Assembly: GCA_052279835.1 (NCBI GenBank)
Contig: CP181291.1
Span: 5,760,001-5,824,000, forward strand
DNA length: 64,000 bases
Origin: Microcoleus sp.
Lineage (GTDB): Bacteria > Cyanobacteriota > Cyanobacteriia > Cyanobacteriales > Microcoleaceae
Direction of reading: 5' to 3'
Shown: one piece after another, positions 10,074-19,072 of the stretch
Layout of the letters: each line of letters opens with the position of its first letter
Position numbering within the stretch: position 1 is the stretch's first letter
Notes under the pieces: generated by a model
What the model saw: only the letters and a program-made list of their open reading frames with translations
Database searches by the model: none
Told to the model about the DNA's origin: nothing
Position numbers and translations under genes: made by a program

Positions 10074-11102
10074 TTACCTGTAAGGAAGTTGATAGTCAGG
10101 GCAAACAGCATCTACTTGTATTTCCCAAAGTGTCATTAATTCTCCCTCCCAAGTCATATACTGAGAACCAGGAACCTCCAAAATCAAATCTGCATTCCCG
10201 TTATGACGGTGGAACTTAATATCTGGTGTTTTCTTAGAAAACTCATTTTGAAAGAATAGAGGTGGCAGCTTACTGACACGTTCTGCAATTGACTCTATGT
10301 CATATTGGGAGGCGGTATCATTAACCGCGACATCGCGAGGCAATTTTATTCCGTGAAAGTGACGAACCGTTCTGGCAATTGCAGCCCTCAAATGATCACC
10401 AACTCGGTAGAGATTTGCAAAGTGATAACGTAGGTCACGATTTAAGGAAATAGCGCTTATACCATCGGGATGAATTTCACAATCAGGGCCTATACGCCCA
10501 TTAGGTTGCATCCCCTCTAGAAAATACCCAACAATACGAGCATTTTTAGGAAAAGTTTGAATACCTTTCTCTACAGTACGTGCAACTATGCCACGTCCCA
10601 TTGAATACATCATTATGGGACGCAATTGACCACCATCGTGTTTAATCTTATTAACAATAGGAGCAAATGATTCTCTGTAGTCATTGATTGCATTCCGAAA
10701 ATCCTTATAAGCAGGGTGTTTTACCTTATCCAACCAACTGTCTGCCGATTTTTCCTTAACCTGGCTATTATAGGGGTGAATAACTTTAAGAATACCGTAG
10801 CAATCATCAATGTGAGATTGTAAGGCGTGTAGTAATCCTTTTTGTAAATCAGGCAGATTCTTTAAAGGATAATCTAAATCTCCATCAGCATTAAACAAAG
10901 CCATAGAAATCTGATCTATTTCATCCAGAACAGCATTGAAAGACTGCATTACTTTCTGTATGGAGAGACTGTAGATTGAGAAGGGATGCCGTTTGCCGTG
11001 ATCTTTATGATAGGTAAAGCTTTCAGGGAGAAGTTTTAGACAATTAAATGCTTTAGGGTGTAAGTTGCCATCTCTATGTGTTTTACGTTCGAGGTTCATC
11101 AT
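10074..11102 (-). CDS. Hypothetical protein (342 aa), possibly recently acquired
   Basis: Long ORF with no recognised motif; no HIP1 site seen inside it. Confidence 0.7.
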   Translation of the reverse strand: MMNLERKTHRDGNLHPKAFNCLKLLPESFTYHKDHGKRHPFSIYSLSIQKVMQSFNAVLDEIDQISMALFNADGDLDYPLKNLPDLQKGLLHALQSHIDDCYGILKVIHPYNSQVKEKSADSWLDKVKHPAYKDFRNAINDYRESFAPIVNKIKHDGGQLRPIMMYSMGRGIVARTVEKGIQTFPKNARIVGYFLEGMQPNGRIGPDCEIHPDGISAISLNRDLRYHFANLYRVGDHLRAAIARTVRHFHGIKLPRDVAVNDTASQYDIESIAERVSKLPPLFFQNEFSKKTPDIKFHRHNGNADLILEVPGSQYMTWEGELMTLWEIQVDAVCPDYQLPYR

Positions 11103-11216
11103 AAGATCATAAGTGAGTCAAGTTTGTATTACAAGTGTAACACATTGAGTGTGAATTAAGAACTGCTAAACCCAAAGCCTGCCTCAATCGACATAACTAC
11201 CTGCTTCCGGTAATAA

Positions 11217-11573
11217 CTACGGTAAGGGGCGTTGACGAATTTGATCGCGCTCCACCACCGTAAACCATTCCTCAAATTGCAATCCTTCGGTTTGTAATAA
11301 ATTTAACAATATTGATGCTGGTTCTTCCGGTGTGTGAGGACGAAACCGCAAATAAATGACACCTTTTGGTGATCGCAGCCGCAAACGATAAATGAGTTCG
11401 CCATAATCGCGATCGAAGGTCAAAATCACCCTTTGCTCATCTGCCGCACGAGTCAAAACCTCGGAATCCTCAATTCCTGGAGAATCCTCGGTAATAGAAG
11501 CGACTTCCAGATCCGCTTGTCGTAGCAGTTGTACACTCTGAAGAGGAAAGTTTTCATTTGCCAGAAACCGCAT
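11217..11573 (-). CDS. DUF5615 PIN-like toxin (VapC45-like)
   Basis: MRFLANENFP...D.EVL..A..EQRVILTFDRDYGEL. Confidence 0.9.
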   Translation of the reverse strand: MRFLANENFPLQSVQLLRQADLEVASITEDSPGIEDSEVLTRAADEQRVILTFDRDYGELIYRLRLRSPKGVIYLRFRPHTPEEPASILLNLLQTEGLQFEEWFTVVERDQIRQRPLP

Positions 11574-11818
11574 TAACTTGCCTCAGCAAACAGTAAAGGT
11601 GTGTAAAATACGTCTTCTTTGAGGCATTCCGCCGCAAAAGCAAACACTGCTTGGATAGATTCAGGATTAAGCGTTGGGTAGTTTTCGATAACTTGTTGTT
11701 CCGTCCAACCTTCTGAAAATAACCCTAGAATAAACTCCACTGATATTCGTGTTCCCTTAATTACAGGCTTGCCAAGCAGAATTTTAGGATTTGAGTGAAT
11801 GTGTGCTTTCCAGTTCAT
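11573..11818 (-). CDS. DUF433 antitoxin (VapB45-like)
   Basis: P.IL.GKPVIKGTRISVE.IL; translationally coupled (TAATG) to DUF5615. Confidence 0.9.
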   Translation of the reverse strand: MNWKAHIHSNPKILLGKPVIKGTRISVEFILGLFSEGWTEQQVIENYPTLNPESIQAVFAFAAECLKEDVFYTPLLFAEAS

Positions 11819-11880
11819 AACCAGTTCGCCTCTATGGAGTTTTCATCTATTTTAAAACCTTTGTCTTTAGCTTACTTCAT

Positions 11881-12471
11881 TTATCGCCCCAAACTCACAC
11901 CGCGATATAATTCTGCGATCGCCACTTCCAGCTCAATACTCTGTAACATCACTAAATCACCCGCATCATAAACCACCGTTTCCCAACGTTCTCCACCCCC
12001 ATCTTTCACCCGACGGCGACACTCCACTCGCATCTCATCCTGCGAGATTAAAACATACTCTTCCAAGGATTCCAACTGTCGATAATCCTCAAACTTATCA
12101 GTGCGATCCTCTTCGAGGGCTTCGCTAACGAACTTTTCCGTCGCCGGAGACAGCACCTCAGCAATCAACTTAGGATAACGCTTCACATAGCGATCGCTTT
12201 TATCTCGCGGATCGCACGTCACAAAGGCATCGGGATAATAGAAAAACTCACCCGCATAATTCACCTTCACATCACCGGAAAAAAACTGACAGTCCCCATC
12301 ACGCAGGTGAAAATTAATCGCCGTTAAAAAATTAATCGCGATACGGCTATGATCGTCGCTACCTCCCGCCATTGCGTAGACTAACCCGCGTCGATATTCA
12401 TGCCGGATAGTATTCTCATGTTCGATGGAAAGGTACTCTTCGGGGCTAAATCCAGAGGGGATGGCAATCAT
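11881..12471 (-). CDS. Uma2-family protein with a 7-aa in-frame insertion
   Basis: HEY..G.VYAMAGGS..H, YYPD..VTCD, IAEVLSP motifs; near-duplicate of 12545-13114. Confidence 0.9.
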   Translation of the reverse strand: MIAIPSGFSPEEYLSIEHENTIRHEYRRGLVYAMAGGSDDHSRIAINFLTAINFHLRDGDCQFFSGDVKVNYAGEFFYYPDAFVTCDPRDKSDRYVKRYPKLIAEVLSPATEKFVSEALEEDRTDKFEDYRQLESLEEYVLISQDEMRVECRRRVKDGGGERWETVVYDAGDLVMLQSIELEVAIAELYRGVSLGR

Positions 12472-12544
12472 AGTATGGCTGGCAATTTTGATACTTTAAT
12501 TGTAGCGAGTATTGTCTGAAATCTTTGTCTATAGTTTACTTTAT

Positions 12545-13114
12545 TTATCGATCGAAATTCACACCGCGATATAATTCTGCGATCGCCATTTCCAGCTCAA
12601 TACTCTGTAACATCACGATATCACCCGCACCATAAACCACCGTTTCCCAACGTTCCCCACTCCCATCTTTCACCCGACGGCGACACTCAACTCGCATCTC
12701 ATCCTGCGAGATTAAAACATACTCTTCTAATGATTCCAACTGTCGATAATCCTCAAACTTATCAGTGCGATCAAATTTTTTAGTCGAAGGAGACAACACC
12801 TCAGCAATCAACTTAGGATAGCGCTTCACATAGCGATCGCTCTTATCGCGCGGATCGCACGTCACAAAGGCATCGGGATAGTAGAAAAACTCACCCGCAT
12901 AATTCACCTTCACATTACCCGATCGCACAGAGCAACCACTATCTCGAACCTTCTCGCGCAAAAGTTCAATGAGATTCAACGACAGTTCATCATGATCGTC
13001 GCTACCTCCCGCCATTGCGTAGACTAAACCGCGCTGATATTCATGGCGGACTGTATTGTCATGTTCGAGGGAAAGGTACTCTTCGGGGCTAAATCCAGAG
13101 GGGATGGCAATCAT
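12545..13114 (-). CDS. Uma2-family protein
   Basis: Same motifs as 11881-12471; tandem paralogue. Confidence 0.9.
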   Translation of the reverse strand: MIAIPSGFSPEEYLSLEHDNTVRHEYQRGLVYAMAGGSDDHDELSLNLIELLREKVRDSGCSVRSGNVKVNYAGEFFYYPDAFVTCDPRDKSDRYVKRYPKLIAEVLSPSTKKFDRTDKFEDYRQLESLEEYVLISQDEMRVECRRRVKDGSGERWETVVYGAGDIVMLQSIELEMAIAELYRGVNFDR

Positions 13115-13142
13115 GGTTTTGCAGGCAAATTTGATAGCTTAA

Positions 13143-13366
13143 TTATAGCGATTTTCGACCACTATCAGGTATTATTTGTTCGTCCAAGGCAACAACATCA
13201 TACTCGTGTAATACCAATTTAATGTGAAGTTGCACATATCTCGATCCCCCTAAATCCCCCTTAAGAAGGGGGACTTTGAGAAGATTCTTGTCCCCCCCTT
13301 CTTAAGGGGGGCTAGGGGGGATCGGATTCTATGCAGCCTCATAAAAAATTGGTATAACGTCTTCAT
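13143..13366 (-). pseudogene. DUF4926-like 5' stub interrupted by a MITE
   Basis: Removing the MITE and one TAA copy gives MKTLHEYDVVALDEQIIPDSGRKSL*; the (E)xDVVAL start resembles DUF4926. Confidence 0.5.
13212..13354. mobile_element. MITE (143 bp) with internal CCCCCTTAAGAAGGGGG palindromes
   Basis: TIR TACCAATTT/AAATTGGTA; TAA duplication at 13209-13211 and 13355-13357. Confidence 0.85.
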
Positions 13367-13379
13367 AATTATGATTATA

Positions 13380-13622
13380 CTATACTATAATAGATTTATT
13401 TGCCCGCCCGGCCATGTATCGATCGAAAGTTGTGTAGTCTCCAGCTTTGTAATCAGCACGAGCAGCTTGAATTTCAGCAATATCTTCTGAAGAAGCGTCC
13501 TCATTCGCGAATAATTCAGCTTCCAAAAATTCCCATATTTTGTATCTTTCAGCAATTCCCAGTGACGAAATAGCTTCCAGCAGTGATTGAAATGAGTCTA
13601 CTTTCACGGTATTCTCAGCCAT
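13380..13622 (-). CDS. Putative antitoxin-like small protein, no cognate toxin adjacent
   Basis: Acidic 80-aa protein ending EIQAARADYKAGDYTTFD, a pattern typical of RelE/ParE partner antitoxins. Confidence 0.55.
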   Translation of the reverse strand: MAENTVKVDSFQSLLEAISSLGIAERYKIWEFLEAELFANEDASSEDIAEIQAARADYKAGDYTTFDRYMAGRANKSIIV

Positions 13623-13653
13623 CAGGACTTTCCTCCACTTTTAATTTTATACT

Positions 13654-14163
13654 ATGCTAGAACCAAACCCAAAAATGGCAAAGCAACCGATGCCTATATT
13701 AAACCTCTACGAGACGGATTTCTACGCTTGGACACAGGAACAAGCAACATTACTCCGTAGCAAATATTGGAGTCAAATCGACCTACCAAACCTGATTGAG
13801 GAGATTGAATCTTTGGGTAAGCAGCAACGCCAGGAACTTCGTAATCGCTTGAGCGTGTTGATTGGGCATATGCTGAAATGGGAATATCAATCACAAAATC
13901 GTACTCGGAGTTGGCTGGCAACTCTTCGCATACAGCGTCGCGATACGTTACGGCTACTCAAAGATAACCCAAGCCTCAAGTCTTATCTTGATGATGCACT
14001 GCAAGAGTCTTATGAGAATGCCAGAGACTTGGCAATGGGAGAAACTGAACTACCAGAGCAAACCTTCCCTTTGAGTTGTCCTTATAGTTTGACTGAGATT
14101 TTAGACGATCGCTTTTATCCTGGTGAATCGAGTGAATTGGTAGATAATTCAGACTTTATTTAA
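13654..14163 (+). CDS. DUF29-family protein
   Basis: LYETDFYAWTQEQA.LL...ID..NLIEEIESLG...L..H.LKW.YQ; start may be ATG 13675 or 13690. Confidence 0.9.
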   Translation: MLEPNPKMAKQPMPILNLYETDFYAWTQEQATLLRSKYWSQIDLPNLIEEIESLGKQQRQELRNRLSVLIGHMLKWEYQSQNRTRSWLATLRIQRRDTLRLLKDNPSLKSYLDDALQESYENARDLAMGETELPEQTFPLSCPYSLTEILDDRFYPGESSELVDNSDFI

Positions 14164-14211
14164 GGGCAAATTAACGCAGAGGTATGAAAGGGACGATCGT
14201 TATGATTATGA

Positions 14212-14562
14212 TTAAGTGATAGCAATCAATTGACTTGGTTCTGCAAGTTCTTTTTGCAGCTTTTTACTAAAATAAATCACTTCATAGTCTGGCGCTAGTT
14301 CCTGACGTAGCTGATGCCATATACTAATTCCTTCTTGCTCAAAAGTCTCTTGAGCTTCCTCACTAGCGAACCCTGATGAAGCTGGATCGTTCCAATTGAG
14401 AGTTGCTTCGTAAATTGTGATCCAAGCAAGCAAGCGCCTGAGAATTTTTTGACTTAAAGGTAATGTCGTTGGTTCGATATTGCCAATTCTCCCAGGAGAA
14501 GCCCACCACAACGGATGGCTGCCATAGTCAGCATTTAGTTTAATGATTTCTTTCATGTTCAT
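14212..14562 (-). CDS. Putative immunity-type protein
   Basis: IKL.ADYG.HPLW...NI.P..LPLS...W...Y...GF; lies directly after a toxin-like ORF. Confidence 0.55.
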   Translation of the reverse strand: MNMKEIIKLNADYGSHPLWWASPGRIGNIEPTTLPLSQKILRRLLAWITIYEATLNWNDPASSGFASEEAQETFEQEGISIWHQLRQELAPDYEVIYFSKKLQKELAEPSQLIAIT

Positions 14563-14572
14563 TCACCTTAAT

Positions 14573-14980
14573 TTATGAAAGGGAAGCGGGGTTAGCACAA
14601 ACTAGATAACCGTTGCTACCGACTGTCACTGCGATGAGCTGAATTTTACTCTTAAAAGTGACTTGATAAATTGGTCGAGTTGGAGATTGATAGCCTATAA
14701 TTTCACCGAATATCACAGCCTCCATCACTGCATCTGGGATTTCTGCTTCAGATATATCTCTTGCTGCAAAATCTCGCCTGTGATTGTTCACAATATGTTG
14801 GAGACCAGAGGCAGAGTTTCCTGTTTCCAAGAATACTATTGTACCATCAATTAGCTTGGCTATCCGAAGTATTGCTTCAGAATTATGTTTGATTTTGGCT
14901 TGCCTGAGTTCGTCAATGAGGGCGACTTTTTCCTCGCTCGGTTCAATAGGTTGTGAGATTTCATTTTCCGAGTTGTTCAA
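14573..14980 (-). CDS. Stand-alone protein resembling a polymorphic-toxin C-terminal domain
   Basis: FLE.GN..SGL.HI...H..DF....I..RPIY.V.....IAVTVGSNGY.V.ANP; TTG start with upstream AGAGG. Confidence 0.55.
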   Translation of the reverse strand: MNNSENEISQPIEPSEEKVALIDELRQAKIKHNSEAILRIAKLIDGTIVFLETGNSASGLQHIVNNHRRDFAARDISEAEIPDAVMEAVIFGEIIGYQSPTRPIYQVTFKSKIQLIAVTVGSNGYLVCANPASLS

Positions 14981-15066
14981 TGGCGATTACCTCTGTCCAA
15001 TTTATAAATATGACAAGAATACCCAGAGCCCCGACTTCTTTAAGAAATCGGGGTTCTAACAGAAAA

Positions 15067-16044
15067 CTACATCACAACTGCACTAATTAAAGTGTGCACA
15101 TTGTGGACAACAGCAGTAGTAAAGTTGTGAGTCGCAGGCAAACTATCCACTACGATTCCAGCGCACAATAGCATCAGATACAGAATAGAGTATTTAAAGA
15201 GCGATCGCGCCGCATTCTTATCCTCTGGAGTCTGCAACAGCAACCAAGCTTTTTGAGCAAAAATCGCTCCCAGGAAAATCGCAGTACCAGCATAAACCCC
15301 GCCAGCTAAATTCAGCGGATAAACTAGCAGCAAAGTTGCAGGAAGCATCAATAACGTGTAAATCCAAATTTGGCGGGCTGTCTCTTCATCGCCCTCAATT
15401 ACTGGCAACATCGGCACGCCTACTCCCTCGTATTCGTCGCGAATCATCATGGCTAATGCCCAAAAATGCGGCGGTGTCCACAGGAAGATAATCCCAAACA
15501 ACATCCACGCACCCCAACTCAAATCTCCCGTCACCGCAGCCCACCCAACTAGCGGGGGAATAGCGCCTGCTGCACCGCCGATGACGATGTTTTGCACGCT
15601 GTGGCGCTTCAGCCAATGGGTGTAAATTAGGACGTAGAAAATGATGCCAGACATGGCTAGCAATGCTGCTAATAAGTTGGCAACAACTGTCAGTAATGTA
15701 AAGGATATTGTCGCTAGGGCGATCGCAAAAATCAAAGCATCCCGTTTTTTGACACGCCCCGAAGGAATCGGCCGCCAGCGGGTGCGCTCCATAATATAAT
15801 CGATGTCGCTATCGTAAACACAATTAATTGTATTAGCAGACGCGGAAGCTAAAGCGCCTCCTGCGATCGTTGATACCAGCAATAGCGGATCGACTTCTCC
15901 TTTGGCGGCCATCCACATTCCTGCTGATGTGGTGATTAGTAGCAGTAAAATGATTCTGGGTTTTGTGAGTTGATAGTAACTTTTCACCACTTGCGAAAAG
16001 TTTTCGTGGAGGCGAGGGCTATTGTTTGTAAGAACTTCTTGCAT
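15067..16044 (-). CDS. ctaB: Protoheme IX farnesyltransferase (heme o synthase)
   Basis: [43 protein letters not shown]. Confidence 0.97.
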   Translation of the reverse strand: MQEVLTNNSPRLHENFSQVVKSYYQLTKPRIILLLLITTSAGMWMAAKGEVDPLLLVSTIAGGALASASANTINCVYDSDIDYIMERTRWRPIPSGRVKKRDALIFAIALATISFTLLTVVANLLAALLAMSGIIFYVLIYTHWLKRHSVQNIVIGGAAGAIPPLVGWAAVTGDLSWGAWMLFGIIFLWTPPHFWALAMMIRDEYEGVGVPMLPVIEGDEETARQIWIYTLLMLPATLLLVYPLNLAGGVYAGTAIFLGAIFAQKAWLLLQTPEDKNAARSLFKYSILYLMLLCAGIVVDSLPATHNFTTAVVHNVHTLISAVVM

Positions 16045-16228
16045 CGGTTATTAATTGTTAGTGGTTAGTTGTCACTTGTGGTCATTTTTCCTGGGCTGTA
16101 GGGGCGGGTTTTACGAGAGATATTTATTGTAGCTGAAAAGATTAATAAACCCGCCCATCTTAGTCCGCAGAGGCGGACTTTGTTTGTGTAGTAGCGGTTT
16201 CAACCGCCGATTAATTAACGCGCCCCTC

Positions 16229-17140
16229 TCAAGCTGATAAAACCCGATCGCGCCACGACAAAACACTAAAGGCTACCAAGGTTCCCAACAAAGCAGCGCC
16301 GACAGCTTGGTGGGCGACTGTCAGGGGTTCTACCTGAAGGTGCAGCCGGAAAGTTGCCAATCCTAACACTAATTGAGCAATCAGGCAAACACTAGCCCAA
16401 TTTCCTAGTTTTCGCAAGTTTGCACTTAGTGCGGGCTGCCGCCAAGCCATGATTGCTACTGTTAAAGTGGCTGCGGTAGCTGGTACTACGCCGATGATGT
16501 GGCTGTTCATTACCGAGCACAATTCTGAGGAACCAAAACATTGGTGCAACGCCCATCTAGAGCCTACTAATGCTCCTAGCAAACTTTGCAGGTAAACTAA
16601 CAATGCTGCGATCGAACTTACCCAAGCTAATTTCCCGGTATTGCCTGTAGCTTCGTAGGGAGTTAGCATGAAACCGATTACTAACAGAGCGCAAAAAAAC
16701 AGTAAAGCTGTTCCCAAGTGAGCGGTAACGATATCAAATCTGAGCAGTTGTGTTACTGTCAAGCCGCCCAATACGCCTTGAAAAACGATTAAAAATAGTG
16801 CTCCAGCGCTGGCAATCGGGAGCCATTTTGGGAGGCGGTTGCGGTAAAACAAAGATAGTGCTAAAAGGGCGATCGCACTTAAGCCGATCGCCGCGGCATC
16901 CAAACGGTGAAACCATTCCAGAAATACCTGCAAATTCATTTGCGCTGCGGGGATTAATTGACCGTAGCACAGCGGCCAATCCGGGCAAGCGAGCCCCGCA
17001 TTCATCACCCGCGTCGCGCTACCTACGGCCATTAACAGCCAGGTGGCGATCGCAATTTTCCACACTAGGCCGCGGACAATATCTTTTGGCTGCCACTCCG
17101 CTCCTGCTGCGGTTGGCTGATTTAAAACTGAGTTTGCCAT
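16229..17140 (-). CDS. ctaA: Heme A synthase (COX15/CtaA)
   Basis: TR...AGLACPDWPLC.G, EWFHR, QG.LGG.TV, AH motifs. Confidence 0.95.
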   Translation of the reverse strand: MANSVLNQPTAAGAEWQPKDIVRGLVWKIAIATWLLMAVGSATRVMNAGLACPDWPLCYGQLIPAAQMNLQVFLEWFHRLDAAAIGLSAIALLALSLFYRNRLPKWLPIASAGALFLIVFQGVLGGLTVTQLLRFDIVTAHLGTALLFFCALLVIGFMLTPYEATGNTGKLAWVSSIAALLVYLQSLLGALVGSRWALHQCFGSSELCSVMNSHIIGVVPATAATLTVAIMAWRQPALSANLRKLGNWASVCLIAQLVLGLATFRLHLQVEPLTVAHQAVGAALLGTLVAFSVLSWRDRVLSA

Positions 17141-17658
17141 GAATCTTACCTTAGCCTTTGTTATCGATGGAGCTTAATCAAATATTGATTTTTTTCCTGC
17201 TGAGTTTCTTCGAGTTTAACACTCTTTTTCTCTAACAAACCGTCCATCCATTTTAGATTTTAGATTTTAGATTTTAGATGGGATGACTGAAGAATTGACA
17301 TTATGTTACAAAAGATTTATGTTATTTTGCTAAACTTAAAAAAAGCTTAATCTTTCCCCTCAACCATTTATACTGATACCAATCCCCTCATGTCGAGCTT
17401 TGATGCCAAAAATAAAGATTTAATTAAGAAAAACTATTTATCAAATAATTGTGATAAATGATACTGAAACTAAAAATTAAAAACTAAACAGCATCAAAAA
17501 AATTAAAAAATAGCATTAATCACAAACTAAATTTAGCTGATTGTTCTACCCTAGTAGGGGTAGGACGGCTAGTAAAACCGCAGTCAACAAATTAAACAAG
17601 CCGTAAGCCAGCGACTCCTCAGTCCAGGCGTCGCAGCCCTTACTCAAGGAGTTGAAGG

Positions 17659-18705
17659 ATGGAAAAAGAAACAGGAAAAATACCAGCTTCGCTGTTGACC
17701 CTAGTTGGTGGACTAGCGATCGCAGCAATCAGCTTCTGGTATGGTCAAAACAACCACCTAATGCCAGAGCAAGCTTCAGAACAAGCGCCACTGGTAGACA
17801 ATTTTTTTAATCTGATGACCACGATCGCCACAGCCCTATTTATAGTGGTAGAAGGTGCGATCGTCTATTTTGCGGTCAAATTTCGCTACCGCCCCGGAGA
17901 CGAAACCGACGGTCCACCCATCAGCGAAAACTTTGCCTTAGAAATCTTCTGGACGGCAATACCCGCAATTTTGGTGATTGGTGTAGGCATCTACAGCGTC
18001 GAAGTCTTTAGAGATATGGGAGGCTTCGATCCCGGTGGCAGTCAGGTGATGGCTCACGTTCACGACTCCACCCACGCAGGTCATAAAATGCCCAAAGGCA
18101 GTGCAATGGCCGCTCCCCTCATCGCCGACTCAGGAACCATGGAATCAGAAATGGCGGCAGAAATGGGTGGCACACCAACCGCAAAATACGGTTTCGGAGC
18201 GAAACCTTCGGAGACAGGCAAATTCGCAGGCCTCACTGTCAACGTCACCGGGATGCAATATGCCTGGATATTTAACTATCCCGACAGCGGAGTCACCTCT
18301 GGAGAACTCCATGTCCCCACGGGTAAATCAGTTCAACTCAACCTTTCGGCCGTTGACGTGATCCACTCCTTCTGGGTCCCCCAATTCCGGCTCAAACAAG
18401 ATGCGATTCCCGGAATTCCCACGGAATTGCGGTTTGTCGCCACCAAACCTGGTGACTATCCCGTCTTTTGTGCGGAACTTTGTGGTGGCTACCACGGCGC
18501 CATGCGGACTCGCGTGATTGTTCATACTCCTGAAGAATACGAAAACTGGCTCAAAGAAAGCCAGATTGCTCAAGAGCTAGATGTCGATCGCGCGATCGCA
18601 GTTAATCCGGCTAACTTGTCAGAATCCGAATTTCTAGCTCCCTACGTGAGCAATATGGGGATTAATCCCGAAACTGTCGCTCAACTCCAACCGACTAGGA
18701 ATTAA
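17659..18705 (+). CDS. ctaC: Cytochrome c oxidase subunit II
   Basis: LEIFWTAIP, DVIHSFWVP, CAELCGGYHGAM CuA motif. Confidence 0.97.
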   Translation: MEKETGKIPASLLTLVGGLAIAAISFWYGQNNHLMPEQASEQAPLVDNFFNLMTTIATALFIVVEGAIVYFAVKFRYRPGDETDGPPISENFALEIFWTAIPAILVIGVGIYSVEVFRDMGGFDPGGSQVMAHVHDSTHAGHKMPKGSAMAAPLIADSGTMESEMAAEMGGTPTAKYGFGAKPSETGKFAGLTVNVTGMQYAWIFNYPDSGVTSGELHVPTGKSVQLNLSAVDVIHSFWVPQFRLKQDAIPGIPTELRFVATKPGDYPVFCAELCGGYHGAMRTRVIVHTPEEYENWLKESQIAQELDVDRAIAVNPANLSESEFLAPYVSNMGINPETVAQLQPTRN

Positions 18706-18880
18706 AAAAAAGCCAATTAAAAATTAAAAATGCCACAAGCAATTTAACATTTTTAATTTTTAAAGCGAAGCTTTTCCCGCTCGCCCTTCGACTTCGCTCA
18801 GGATAAACTCAGTTGAAGGGTCGATGTGTTGCAGTGTCCTTGGACTTTCTTCCTGAATTTCCCCCCTTGGGGGGGGGTGA

Positions 18881-18985
18881 TATCAATTCCGGTTGTACCG
18901 TCAGGTGATTTAACCGCGAAGGCGCGAAGGACGCGAAGGAAGAGAAGAGAGAGTTTAATAATTCCGATGAAGAGAGGATTTTATA
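18881..18985. mobile_element. MITE family A variant
   Basis: TATCAATTCCGG...GATTTAACC...ATAATTCCGATG...TTATA; TGA/TGA flanks; same CCCCTTGGGGGGG-TGA context as the copy at 486. Confidence 0.75.
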
Positions 18986-19072
18986 TGACTTCTTCTTTCT
19001 TCTTTCTTCTTTCTTCCTTCTTCCTTCTTCCTTCTTCCTTCTTCCTTCTAATTAAAATTCCCAACATATCAA

